A DNA stretch of 40,652 nucleotides from Octopus bimaculoides (lineage: Eukaryota). The stretch covers positions 7,228,768 through 7,269,419 of the forward strand of contig NC_069007.1 of NCBI RefSeq assembly GCF_001194135.2. Direction: 5' to 3'. This document shows, piece by piece, positions 1 to 11,102 of this stretch (position 1 is the stretch's first letter; each line of letters starts with the position of its first letter). The position numbers and the translations under genes were made by a program. The notes beneath the pieces are model-generated. The model did not search any database. It was not told the DNA's origin and saw only the letters and a program-made list of their open reading frames with translations.

Positions 1-253
1 TAAATAATAATAAAGGAGTTATGACGCAAAAACGTATAAATTCAAAAGAACATATTTATCTTCTTCAATATATATTTCAGTATAAAGAATTCATTAAGAT
101 GCTTAAATCAAAATTTCTTTACACATCATTCAGGAACAGATATAACATCAGAAAAAATACATTCCGTTTAAAAACACAAACCGTTCATGGCGAAAAAATT
201 TCACAATTATATATATATATATGTATGTATGTATGTTTTATTCTCTTATTTAG

Positions 254-403
254 ATGGCTGGTCAAAATGGACTCCTTGGTCTGCATGTGATTGTCGTACC
301 AACAAAGTACAACGGTCAAGAACCTGTCAAACAATACCACATCTCTCTGGATGCAACACCTGTAATGGTCCGATCAACTTTGAAGTGAAGGCCTGCAAAT
401 GTT
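254..403 (+). CDS. Internal coding exon, thrombospondin type-1 (TSP1) repeat; upstream exons lie outside the window
   Basis: Acceptor ttatttag|, donor |gtaagt at 404; 150 nt, phase 1-1. Translates (D)GWSKWTPWSACDCRTNKVQRSRTCQTIPHLSGCNTCNGPINFEVKACKC with the WSxWxxW, RxRxC and C-terminal Cys pattern of TSP1. Confidence 0.85.
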
Positions 404-601
404 GTAAGTATTTCCAAGAAATCTATTTCTATAATTATAGCAGCACAGGTGGTTGATTACCAGAATCATAATATTCTTTGGTGCAGCACGGCTGTGATAA
501 AAAGCTTGCTTGCCACACACATGGTTCCAGGTTCAGTCCTACATTGCAGCATTGTGACCCCAGTACTTTTGTTTTTTTAAGCCTGGTACCTATTCTGTGA
601 A

Positions 602-930
602 GGCGCATGGCTCAGTGTTTAGAGTACTGGGCTCACAATTGTGAGGTAGTGAGTTTGGGCTGTGTGTTGTGTTCTTGAGCAAGACACTTTATTTCACGTT
701 GCTCCAGTTCACTTAGCTGTAGAAATGAATTGCGACATCACTGTTGCCAAGCTGTATCGGCCCCTTTGCCTTTCCCTTGGATAACATCAGTGATGTGGAG
801 AGGAGAGGCTGGTATGCATGGGCGACTACTGGTCTTCCACAAACAACCTTACCTGGACTTGTGCCTCGGAGGGTAACCTTCTAGGTGTAATCTCATGCTC
901 ATTCATGACCGAAGGGGATCTTTACCCTTT
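602..930 (+). mobile_element. SINE family B (tRNA-like head, ttgagcaagacac core); inverted copies at about 27090-27440 and 26820-26955, head at 35008-35042
   Basis: A box tggctcagtg; long shared sequence with the reverse complement of 27090-27440. Confidence 0.8.
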
Positions 931-1174
931 ACCTATTCTATTGATCTAGTTTGCTGAACCACTAAGTTAGGGAAACTTATAGAAGCCAACACTGGTTGTC
1001 AGGTGGTTCTAAGGGACAAACATAGACACAAAGACAAACATAAGGATATGGGTCTAACTGAACAGCACCAATTTCAACTTCTGAGATGGCCTTTTCAATA
1101 TTGTTTTCCAGCTAACACACATAATTGTATTAGAGTTTTTATTTAATTCTTTTATAATCAACATTTTAAAGATA

Positions 1175-1419
1175 GTGAAGGGGCAGAATTGTTAGCATGC
1201 TGGGCAAAAATGCTTAGCGGTATTTCATCTGTCTTTACGTTCTGAGTTCAAATGCCACAGAGGTCTACTTTGCCTTTCATCTTCTTGGGACCGATAAAAT
1301 AAGTACCTTTTGAACGCTGGGGTCAATGTAAGTGACTCATCCCCTTCTCCAAAACTGCTGCCCTTGTAGCAAAATTTGAAACCATTATTGTTATTATTAT
1401 TATCATTATCATTATTATT

Positions 1420-1454
<35 letters not shown>

Positions 1455-1935
1455 TATTATTATTATTATTATTTAGGTGAAGAGGTGGCAGAATCATTAG
1501 CATGCCAGGTGAAATGCTTAGCGGTATTTCATCCATCCTTACATTCTGAGTTCAAATCTTGCTAAGGTCGACTTTGCCTTTTATCCTTTCAGGGTTGATA
1601 AATTAAGTACCAGTTACGCACTGGAGTCGATGTAATCCACTCATCCTCTCCAGCAAAATTTCAGGCCTTGTCCTTATAGCAGAAAGGATTATTATTATTG
1701 TTGTTATTATTATTATAATTATTATTATTATTATTATTAAGGCAGACAGCTGATAGAATCATTAGCATGCTGGGAAGAATACTTAGTGGTATTTCATATT
1801 TTTATGATCAGAGTTCGAATTCCACCGAGGTCAACTTTGCTTTTCATCCAATTGGGGTTGATAAATTAAGTACCAGATAAGCACTGGAGTTGATGTAATC
1901 AACTTACCCCTCCCTTGAAATTTTCTTTATGTGGA
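1175..1935 (+). mobile_element. Three tandem SINE family D copies separated by (ATT)n/(ATC)n tails
   Basis: Repeated ggcagaat..ttagc...gagttcaaat...gactttgcctttcatc...gataaa.taagtacc. Other copies at about 2945-3177, 8985-9290 and 11163-11335 (+), and 29520-30210 and 37262-37470 (-). Confidence 0.85.
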
Positions 1936-1960
1936 ATATTTGAAGTCTCTTCTTCTCATA

Positions 1961-2333
1961 TTTTTTACCTCCATTGTAGTGAAGGCAGAGGTATTGTTTT
2001 CAGTTGTGTTTGTTTGTTTGTCCATGGACAAGATATCTCAAGAACCGTTGGATGGATTCAGATGAAACTTTCAGGGATGTTTGGCATCATAACTAGTATG
2101 AACTGATTTAATTTTGGCATCAATCCGGTACCGGACAAGGATTCTGAATTATTTTTCCTGTTTATTTACTTAATTTTTGAGAGCGGTCAGGTTCATTTTT
2201 AGTATTTTCATTTGTGAGAGAGGTCCAGTTTATTTCAGATATTTTCATTTTTAAAATCATCTCTGGCTAACCATTGAGAGGACATTGGCGCTGCCTTGGC
2301 GGAGGTTTGTGCTCTCTGGGTGCTCTTGTTTTT
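1961..2333 (+). mobile_element. Helentron-associated non-autonomous element (HINE / DINE-1-like)
   Basis: T-rich start ttttttacctcc, (GTTT)n tract, 3' subterminal inverted repeat cttggcggaggt, then a short stem-loop and T-run. Confidence 0.6.
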
Positions 2334-2535
2334 ATTTAATATGTTTATCTTATTTGTACCCCCACCCACTCCCAATCCTTCAATGTATTCCTTCACACCC
2401 TAACCCTGACTCTAATCCTATCCATTCCTACCTGCCTTGAACCTTAAAGGTTCACCCAGATACCCTATCACTACATTTTTGTCACTTTGGCACACACATA
2501 CACACACACACACAGGTGTGTGTGTGTGTGTGTGT

Positions 2536-2900
2536 GCCTGTACAAAGACAGCGTGCTCCACTGGATGGGTAATGTTAGTGTGCATATAGGCAGAGTGTAA
2601 GTGATTTGAGGGAAAAACTGGGTATATGTAGCATCAGATGTTGTGTGCAAGAGAGAAGACTGCGCTAGTATGGCCATGTAATGCGTATAAATGATGACAG
2701 CTGCATCAAAAAGTGTTGCTCTCTCATTGAGGACAAAGCCTGTGGAAGGGGTAGACCCAAGAAGATGTTGGACAAAGTGGTGACAGAGGGGATGATAAGG
2801 GACCGAGACTTCTGGTGGTTTGCTGTGCTTGAGAAGACATATCAAGCTAAATAAAATCGTAGTTGTTCCTGCATACAGGTTTGTCCCCTGCATCTCTCAT
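2536..2900 (+). mobile_element. RTE-clade LINE 3' fragment (decayed ORF C-terminus)
   Basis: Translates to ...LREKLGICSIRCCVQERRLR*YGHVMRI...GRGRPKK...RDRDFWWFAVLEKT, matching RRLRWYGHVxR and GRPRK motifs of RTE C-termini. Confidence 0.75.
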
Positions 2901-3180
2901 CAGCTGAGTCTGGGGAGTTAGGTGGCCAGATGTAAAGGGTGATGTGGTGGCGAGCTGGCAGAAATGTTAGCACGCTGGGCGAAATGCTTACTGGTATTTC
3001 GTCTGCCACTACGTTCTGAGTTCAAATTCTGCTGAGGTCGACTTTGCCTTTCATCCTTTCGAGGTCGATAAATTAAGTACCAGTTACACACTAGGGTCGA
3101 TGTAATTGACTTAATCTCTTTGTCTGTCCTTGTTTGTCCTCTCTATGTTTAGCCCCATGAGGGCAATAAAGAAATAAGAA

Positions 3181-3696
3181 ACTGTCTGACAGCCCTGACT
3201 GGGTTCTGCTGCTTGTGTGGCCTGGTGCAGAGTCCCGTTACCCGACATAGGGTCTTCCAGCAGCTACCCTCTTGACCCAAAGCAGCACTACCTCCTCTAG
3301 GCACTTGATGTAGGCCTCCGTGTTAAGCATGAGACCGTATGGGAAGATGAATGGCAGCATAACTTTGCCACATCTAGTGATTACTCCAAACACCATGATG
3401 TTGACAGGATGTTTGATTTTTATCACTCTCGGTACATGTCCTCAGATTGCACTGTCCTAGATTGACACCCAAACACACTGAAATGTTCATATTGGAGCTT
3501 CTGGCACAAATGCCAAGCAATACAGTATGTCATTTCCAAATTTCTGGCAGAGTGAATTGTGTCATGGTGCTCTTTTTCTCACAGATGGTGCCCAACTGAC
3601 CCTATTATACTGTGTAGTCAACAAAATCAAAAACAGACAATGCACATGCATGAAATGAAAAATATAAAATGGTGACAATTTACCCATTGCCCCCTG
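3181..3696 (-). mobile_element. Tc1/mariner remnant, maT (DD37D)-like, 5' TIR plus transposase fragment
   Basis: KHPVNIMVFGVI...RVAAGRPYVG*RDSAPGHTS resembles the second-Asp region (PYVxQQDSAPxH). Terminus CAGGGGGCAATGGG at 3696 followed by TA. Confidence 0.65.
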
Positions 3697-4350
3697 TATA
3701 TATATATATATNNNNNNNNNNNNNNNNNNNNNNNNNNNNNNNNNNNNNNNNNNNNNNNNNNNNNNNNNNNNNNNNNNNNNNNNNNNNNNNNNNNNNNNNN
3801 NNNNNNNNNNNNNNNNNNNNNNNNNNNNNNNNNNNNNNNNNNNNNNNNNNNNNNNNNNNNNNNNNNNNNNNNNNNNNNNNNNNNNNNNNNNNNNNNNNNN
3901 NNNNNTGTATCTTTGAGAAATTCCCATTGTTTGCTCAACAATCCACAATTTGACTTGAACAATAGACAGGAAGTGATCCCCCCCACTTCCCATCTACCGT
4001 ATAAATTTATATTAATCCAATGTTAGCTTAGCAAAGTCAGTGAGGATTCTGATAATCCATGGTTATTGGAAATGTTAGAAGAGCATGGGAGGACAAAGTG
4101 CTTTGTGGTATTTAGTTATAATTTGTTGAGTTGTGAGTTCAAATCACATGAAGGTCAATGAAGAGTTTGCATTCATTTTTTTTTTTTCAGGTTTTTCTTT
4201 TACCTAGTACTTTTTTCTGTTTTAAAGTCTGGGTCATATTCTACAGATTACTTTTGCTGAACTGTTAAGTTACAAGGATGTAAATAAACTAACACCTGTT
4301 GTTAAGCATCTATAATGCTATCTATCCCTCCATCCACATATATATACACA

Positions 4351-5322
4351 GGCACAGATGTGGGTGTATGGTAAGAAGTTTGCTTCTCAACAACATGATT
4401 CCCATTTCACTCCCACAGCATGGCACCTTGGGCAAGTGTCTTCTACTATAGCCTTGGACTGACCAAAGCCTTGCAAGTGGATTTTGGAGATGGAAACTGA
4501 AAGAAGCCCATTGTATATATATATATATATNNNNNNNNNNNNNNNNNNNNNNNNNNNNNNNNNNNNNNNNNNNNNNNNNNNNNNNNNNNNNNNNNNNNNN
4601 NNNNNNNNNNNNNNNNNNNNNNNNNNNNNNNNNNNNNNNNNNNNNNNNNNNNNNNNNNNNNNNNNNNNNNNNNNNNNNNNNNNNNNNNNNNNNNNNNNNN
4701 NNNNNNNNNNNNNNNNNNNNNNNNNNNNNNNNNNNNNNNNNNNNNNNNNNNNNNNNNNNNNNNNNNNNNNNNNNNNNNNNNNNNNNNNNNNNNNNNNNNN
4801 NNNNNNNNNNNNNNNNNNNNNNNNNNNNNNNNNNNNNNNNNNNNNNNNNNNNNNNNNNNNNNNNNNNNNNNNNNNNNNNNNNNNNNNNNNNNNNNNNNNN
4901 NNNNNNNNNNNNNNNNNNNNNNNNNNNNNNNNNNNNNNNNNNNNNNNNNNNNNNNNNNNNNNNNNNNNNNNNNNNNNNNNNNNNNNNNNNNNNNNNNNNN
5001 NNNNNNNNNNNNNNNNNNNNNNNNNNNNNNNNNNNNNNNNNNNNNNNNNNNNNNNNNNNNNNNNNNNNNNNNATATATGTATATATGTATGTATATATGT
5101 ATGTATATGTGTGGGTGTGTGTGTGTGTCTTTGTTTGTCCCTCCACCACTTGACAACTGAACTTGGTGTGTTTACATTTCTGTAACTTAGCGGATTGGCA
5201 AAAGAGACCAATAGAATAAGTACTAGGCTTAAAAACAATAAGTCCTGTGGGTTGATTTGTTTGACTAAAACCTTCGAGTAAGTCAGTGCTCCAGTATGAC
5301 TAAAACAAGTAAAAGATAAAAG
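4351..5322 (+). mobile_element. SINE family A (tRNA-like head + microsatellite linker + tail), linker in gap
   Basis: Decayed A/B boxes, accttgggcaagtgtctt core, tail ending aaacaagtaaaag. Confidence 0.8.
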
Positions 5323-5809
5323 TATATATGTATATGTATTATTCTATTCTTTTACACATTTCAGTCACCGCCTTTAGTCAAACAAATCAACCCCAGGACT
5401 TATTCTTTGTAAGCCTTGTACTTATTCTATCAGTCTCTTTTGCCGAAACGTTAAGTTACGGGGACATAAACACACCATCATCGGTTGTCAAGTGATGTTG
5501 GGGGGACTAACACAGACACAAATACACATACACAAATAGGGCAGATGAGGAAGCGGTACCATGTTGCTATTGGCAAGAAACTCGGGAGGCACATTGCCTT
5601 GTGAAGGCCATTGCTAGCTCTCACTGCACACGCAACTGTGTGCTGTCATCTGTTGGCGCACTACAGAATTAATCTGGGAACTTTTTTGAAACCACTTCAT
5701 CAACAACAACAACTCATAAAAGACACATTGATATTTCTTAACATATCTTTGTATTGTTTAACATAAACTTGAGTGTTGCTTAGATTGTTTCAACGAAGAT
5801 ATGATATTG

Positions 5810-5985
5810 ATTATCAATAACAACAACAACAACAACAATGACAGTAGTAGTAGTAGTAGTGGTGATAATGGTGGTGGTGGTGGTGGTGGTGGTGGTGAGG
5901 TAGTTATAGTTGTTGAAGTAGTAATAGTAGTGGTAGTGGTGGTGGTGTTACTGATGGTAGTAGTAGTAGTTACTGAAGTAGTCAC
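5810..5985. repeat. Compound trinucleotide microsatellite (AAC)n-(AGT)n-(GGT)n
   Basis: Direct reading. Confidence 0.95.
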
Positions 5986-6331
5986 TGGACTGTGGCCATG
6001 TTGGAGCATTGCCTTAAAGGGTTTTGGTCAAACAAGTTGACCTCAATAGTTATGTATGTTTTAATTTTTAAAACTTGGTCCTTATTCCACAAGTCTTTTT
6101 TTCAGAAATGCTAAGTTACAGGGACATAAACAAACGAACACTAATTGTCGAATGGAAGAAACACACACACACACACATTCATCATCATCATCATCGTCTT
6201 CGTTTAACTGTCTGCTCCCCATGCTGGTATGGGTTGGACAATTTGACATGGAGCTGGCTTGCAGGGAGCTGTCCAGACTCCACCTGTCAGTTGTGGCATG
6301 GTTTCTACACCTGGATACCCTTCCTAATGCC

Positions 6332-6365
<34 letters not shown>

Positions 6366-7832
6366 NNNNNNNNNNNNNNNNNNNNNNNNNNNNNNNNNNN
6401 NNNNNNNNNNNNNNNNNNNNNNNNNNNNNNNNNNNNNNNNNNNNNNNNNNNNNNNNNNNNNNNNNNNNNNNNNNNNNNNNNNNNNNNNNNNNNNNNNNNN
6501 NNNNNNNNNNNNNNNNNNNNNNNNNNNNNNNNNNNNNNNNNNNNNNNNNNNNNNNNNNNNNNNNNNNNNNNNNNNNNNNNNNNNNNNNNNNNNNNNNNNN
6601 NNNNNNNNNNNNNNNNNNNNNNNNNNNNNNNNNNNNNNNNNNNNNNNNNNNNNNNNNNNNNNNNNNNNNNNNATGTGTATGTATGTATGTATTCCATAGA
6701 ACTCAACAAATTTGTTAAAAATGAAGAAGAGAAGATGTTAAAATTTGAAAGAATCTTAGTGCATGCATATGATCATTTCAAACAGCATTATTAACATGTA
6801 AATTCATGGTAGAATAATTAAATTAATTTGATTAAATTAAATTAATTACATATCACTGTTCACCTCAGTGCAAGAATTATAAACAAAAAATTATTATTAT
6901 TACAGAAGACTTGATGAAAGGAATAGCAGAGAACAAATTCAGATGTACATATTTATCCTTATGAAAATTGAGAATGTGAGTCTAGTTGTGTATAAACTAA
7001 AACTGAGGCAGTTAACGGTTATTTGAAAAGGTTTTAAGAGATGTTCCCTCTATAGAAGTAGATAAGTAATTCTAAATCCAAGTAAGTCATTTATTAGAGG
7101 AAATTTTATAGAGATGTCCAATGGAAAGGTATAGTCACGTCTGAATTAGGATATGACTTGACAGTTATAAGTAATATTAGGTATGGTGTACATGAAAAAA
7201 ATTTTTTTTTTGTGTAGGAATGAAATTAAACTAGTGAATGTAGTATATAGGAGGCTGCTAGAATGCAATGAGAATAAGTGTTAGGTAAAGAAATGCTTGA
7301 AGAGCGACATATAATGGAGTTGTGTTAGTGTAGGAACATATATTCGTTTGTGTGTATTATATATAAGGTAAGAAAATAAAAAATAGGAAGTTAGTTGTTA
7401 ATAGTACAGAATTAAGATAGTAAATACTTGCTGTGGCTATAAATATTAAAAAAACATTAAGAGGTATAATAGATGTTGTAAAACTTAAAATTAACAATGT
7501 AGGGGAGATAATATAGCTAGGAAAATGATAGTAAACATTTTAAAATTATAATTATTGATATTTAGCAGGTTGTCTATGTTTATGTATAAATAAAAATGTG
7601 AGTTGATAAGCTAGCTTGGCATAAAGTGAGAGGGAAGAATATAGTAATATTATGTAAGTAATGAGTGTTTAAGTAATAGAAGGTTATTGTGCATTGTGAA
7701 TATAAGAAAAAAATTTTATTTATGGAGTAGTGGGTGCACATAAGTATATTGAATATACAAAATAGTTCATATATAATGTAATATATATATAAAAAAAAAT
7801 CTTATAAGGGAAAAGAATTAAAAAAATTTTAA

Positions 7833-7995
7833 AGGCGTAGGAGTGGCTGTGTAGTAAGTAGCTTGCTTACCAACCACATGGTTCCAGGTTCAGTCCCACT
7901 GCGTGGCACCTTGGACAAGTGTCTTCTACTATAGCCTCAGGTCGACCAAAGCCTTGTGAGTGGATTTGGTAGACTGAAACTGAAAGAAGCCCGTC

Positions 7996-8065
<70 letters not shown>

Positions 8066-8241
8066 GTATGTGTGTGTCCCTAACATCACTTGACAACCGA
8101 TGCTGGTGTGTTTATGTCCCCGTAACCTAGCGGTTCGGCAAAAGAGACCGATAGAATAAGTACTAGGCATCCAAAGAATAAGTCCTGGGGTCGATTTGCT
8201 TGACTAAAGGTGGTGCTCCAGCACCAAGTAAAAGAGTAAAA
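7833..8241 (+). mobile_element. SINE family A
   Basis: aggcgtaggagtggctgtgt head, B box ggttcagtccc, (TA)n/(TG)n linker, conserved tail. Confidence 0.9.
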
Positions 8242-8521
8242 TATCTCTATATATTAACCCTTTCTATGGAATTCAATTATTAATCCTCAAATACTCTGCA
8301 CATCACTTTATCTTACACTATATTGATATATATTTGTTATTTAACCATCTCCTCTGGGACTATAGCAGAAGATACTTTCCCAAGGTGCTGTACTGTGCAA
8401 TGGGACTGAAACCCAAACCACAAGGCTGCAAATCAAGCTTCTTAATTACATTCTGATGATATTCATAAGTAAATGAAAGAAGAAATCTTTATGCTAATTT
8501 CTCTTTTTTTTTCTTTTTCAG

Positions 8522-8766
8522 CTAGCAGAAAGATGAAGTTCCAGAAATTTCCTTGGAAGAATGCTCCCAAGAAATTTCTTCCTTCTCCAATTGGAGTTTC
8601 CAGTCTCCAGGGCTGTGCAAGCATTTGCTTTGAGAATCAAAACTGCAGCAGTTTTGTTAAAGAGAAAAACGAATGTCACTTATTCACAGATCTTAAGGGT
8701 GTCGGTCAGCCGAATAACTATTCATTTACATATGGTTATAGACTAACAGAGTACAATGGAAATTAG
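8522..8766 (+). CDS. Terminal coding exon, PAN/apple-like domain; probably the same gene as the TSP1 exon
   Basis: Strong acceptor ttttttctttttcag| in phase 1, matching the TSP1 exon end. Encodes ...GCASICFENQNCSSFVKEKNECHLF... (CxxxC-x5-C-x2-F-x6-C core); TAG at 8764-8766; ATTAAA at 8802-8807. Confidence 0.7.
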
Positions 8767-9807
8767 TAATTTGTAATTTGAATGTTGCTTTAATGAAAAT
8801 GATTAAAATATATTGAAAGTTTGTTTTTAACAGTGGAATTTGAAGCAGATAAAGCTATATAACTTGTAGATAAAGTTAGAAATAATTCTCCATGTAGATA
8901 GAAAAAGTTTTAAAATGCCTTCAACATTTTCTTTCCAAATAGGTTTTTCTCATTCTATTATTTATAGTTTTATCTAAAGTGGTGAACTGGTGGAATTGGT
9001 AGTGGTTCAGCCAAAATGCTCGGCTCTATTTCTTCCCAGCTCTTTACGTTCTGGGTTCAAGTTCTACTGAGGTCGACTTTGCCTTTCGTCCTATTGGGGT
9101 TGGTAAAATAAGTACCAGACAAGCACTGGAGTTGATGGAATCGATGACTAGCCTGCTCCTTCCTTAGTGGCATTTCTTCTGGATTTTTGGTTCCAGGATT
9201 GATAAGATAAGTACCAGTTGAGAACTAGGGTTGATGTAATTGACAACTAGCCCCCTCCTTCAAAATTTCAGGTCTTTTGCTTATACTAGTAAGAATTTTA
9301 TATATATATATATATATATATNNNNNNNNNNNNNNNNNNNNNNNNNNNNNNNNNNNNNNNNNNNNNNNNNNNNNNNNNNNNNNNNNNNNNNNNNNNNNNN
9401 NNNNNNNNNNNNNNNNNNNNNNNNNNNNNNNNNNNNNNNNNNNNNNNNNNNNNNNNNNNNNNNNNNNNNNNNNNNNNNNNNNNNNNNNNNNNNNNNNNNN
9501 NNNNNNNNNNNNNNNNNNNNNNNNNNNNNNNNNNNNNNNNNNNNNNNNNNNNNNNNNNNNNNNNNNNNNNNNNNNNNNNNNNNNNNNNNNNNNNNNNNNN
9601 NNNNNNNNNNNNNNNNNNNNNNNNNNNNNNNNNNNNNNNNNNNNNNNNNNNNNNNNNNNNNNNNNNNNNNNNNNNNNNNNNNNNNNNNNNNNNNNNNNNN
9701 NNNNNNNNNNNNNNNNNNNNNNNNNNNNNNNNNNNNNNNNNNNNNNNNNNNNNNNNNNNNAATAGAGGAATTTATCTGTAAAAATATGACACTTATTCAG
9801 TAGCCAT

Positions 9808-9868
9808 GATAAAACTCCGAGTTTCGGATACCGGAGTGGGAACCCACGCCGCCATCTCTTCAGTTATC
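9808..9868 (-). ncRNA. Mirror-image hammerhead motif in the other arm of the palindrome
   Basis: Reverse complement reads gataa CTGAAGA gatggcggcgtgggttcccactccggtatcc GAAA ctcggag tt ttatc. Confidence 0.65.
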
Positions 9869-9900
9869 TGGTCATTTTTCACAGGAATTTTCAATGGCCG

Positions 9901-9961
9901 GATAACTGAAGAGATGGTGGCGTGGGTTCCCACCCTGGCATCCGAAACTCGGAGTTTTATC
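9901..9961 (+). ncRNA. Minimal type-I hammerhead ribozyme motif (Penelope-like-element type)
   Basis: Stem I GATAA/TTATC, core CTGAAGA...GAAA, stem II 9913-9943 with a bulge, palindromic stem III ACTCGGAGT, GUU triplet with predicted cut after 9956. Confidence 0.65.
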
Positions 9962-10001
9962 ATGGCTACTGAATAAGTGTCACATATTTTTACAGATATA
10001 T

Positions 10002-10287
10002 ATATAAATACAGTGTATATTTAAACACATAAGAGGTATCCATCATAGGATTCCCTCACGCTAGAAAGAACAGCTAAGTTCCAAACCACTATTAGGAATA
10101 AAATTTTTAAAGGAATGAAAAATAAAAATATTTACCATCAGGAATTAGTTGGTAAATGTTTTTATTTTTCATACTCTTCAAAGTTTTATCCCTAAATAGT
10201 GATATGGAATTTAACTGTTCTTTCTAGCATGCAAGGAATCCTATGATGGATACCTCTTATATGTTTAAATGTACTCTGTATTTATAT
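10002..10287. repeat. Long imperfect palindrome P2 (arms about 135 bp)
   Basis: For example ataagaggtatccatcataggattcc versus ggaatcctatgatggatacctcttat; loop 10138-10149. Confidence 0.9.
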
Positions 10288-11014
10288 GAAGAAAAATATA
10301 TAGTCTATGGACTAAATTTTTACATGCTAGGCCACTGGTGGTAGAAATTTCTAATATTTCTATTNNNNNNNNNNNNNNNNNNNNNNNNNNNNNNNNNNNN
10401 NNNNNNNNNNNNNNNNNNNNNNNNNNNNNNNNNNNNNNNNNNNNNNNNNNNNNNNNNNNNNNNNNNNNNNNNNNNNNNNNNNNNNNNNNNNNNNNNNNNN
10501 NNNNNNNNNNNNNNNNNNNNNNNNNNNNNNNNNNNNNNNNNNNNNNNNNNNNNNNNNNNNNNNNNNNNNNNNNNNNNNNNNNNNNNNNNNNNNNNNNNNN
10601 NNNNNNNNNNNNNNNNNNNNNNNNNNNNNNNNNNNNNNNNNNNNNNNNNNNNNNNNNNNNNNNNNNNNNNNNNNNNNNNNNNNNNNNNNNNNNNNNNNNN
10701 NNNNNNNNNNNNNNNNNNNNNNNNNNNNNNNNNNNNNNNNNNNNNNNNNNNNNNNNNNNNNNNNNNNNNNNNNNNNNNNNNNNNNNNNNNNNNNNNNNNN
10801 NNNNNNNNNNNNNNNNNNNNNNNNNNNNNNNNNNNNNNNNNNNNNNNNNNNNNNNNNNNNNNNNNNNNNNNNNNNNNNNNNNNNNNNNNNNNNNNNNNNN
10901 NNNNNNNNNNNNNNNNNNNNNNNNNNNNNNNNNNNNNNNNNNNNNNGTTTAAATGTAGTTATAAAAATATGTCCTTCTGTTGAAATGTAATTTCAGTAAA
11001 TTTCTGTATCTTTG

Positions 11015-11102
11015 TGCAGCTGAAGATTGCTCTGCATTTTACATTTGATGTAATGTTCACATTGCTTAAATAAATGGAGTAGCATGAAACAATCGTACTG
11101 CA
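11015..11102 (+). ncRNA. Degenerate type-I hammerhead motif
   Basis: Stem I TGCAG/CTGCA, CTGAAGA, stem II tgct/agca with a long loop, GAAAC, near-palindromic ACAATCGT, GUA triplet. Confidence 0.5.

Larger units (their letters stand above)
9773..9998. repeat. Long near-perfect palindrome P1 (arms about 105 bp)
   Basis: Arms about 9773-9876 and 9893-9998 are reverse complements with transition mismatches and a 2-nt indel. Confidence 0.95.

Noticed and set aside
2395-2425. Degenerate CCCTAA-like sequence
   Set aside because: Only one or two imperfect units; not a telomeric array.
5758-6040. Poly-Thr/Pro and poly-Asn/Ser/Gly ORFs
   Set aside because: Translations of trinucleotide microsatellites with no splice context.
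6950-7800. Specific mitochondrial gene (NUMT) assignment
   Set aside because: No recognisable cox, atp6, nad or rRNA motif on either strand by eye; kept only as unexplained composition.
7833-7910. tRNA-like A/B boxes in SINE heads (all families)
   Set aside because: They run into SINE bodies and do not form complete cloverleaves; not tRNA genes.
3562-10952. Long ORFs in the track made of X runs and IYIY/VCVC stretches (also near 21-23 kb, 33 kb, 35 kb, 39.6 kb)
   Set aside because: Artefacts of N-gaps and dinucleotide microsatellites; only the mariner ORF across 22374-22931 is supported.
11020-11074. Possible terminal mini-exon (EDCSAFYI*, AATAAA at 11069) after tgtgcag
   Set aside because: The same bases form stem I and the core of a hammerhead motif, which explains them better.
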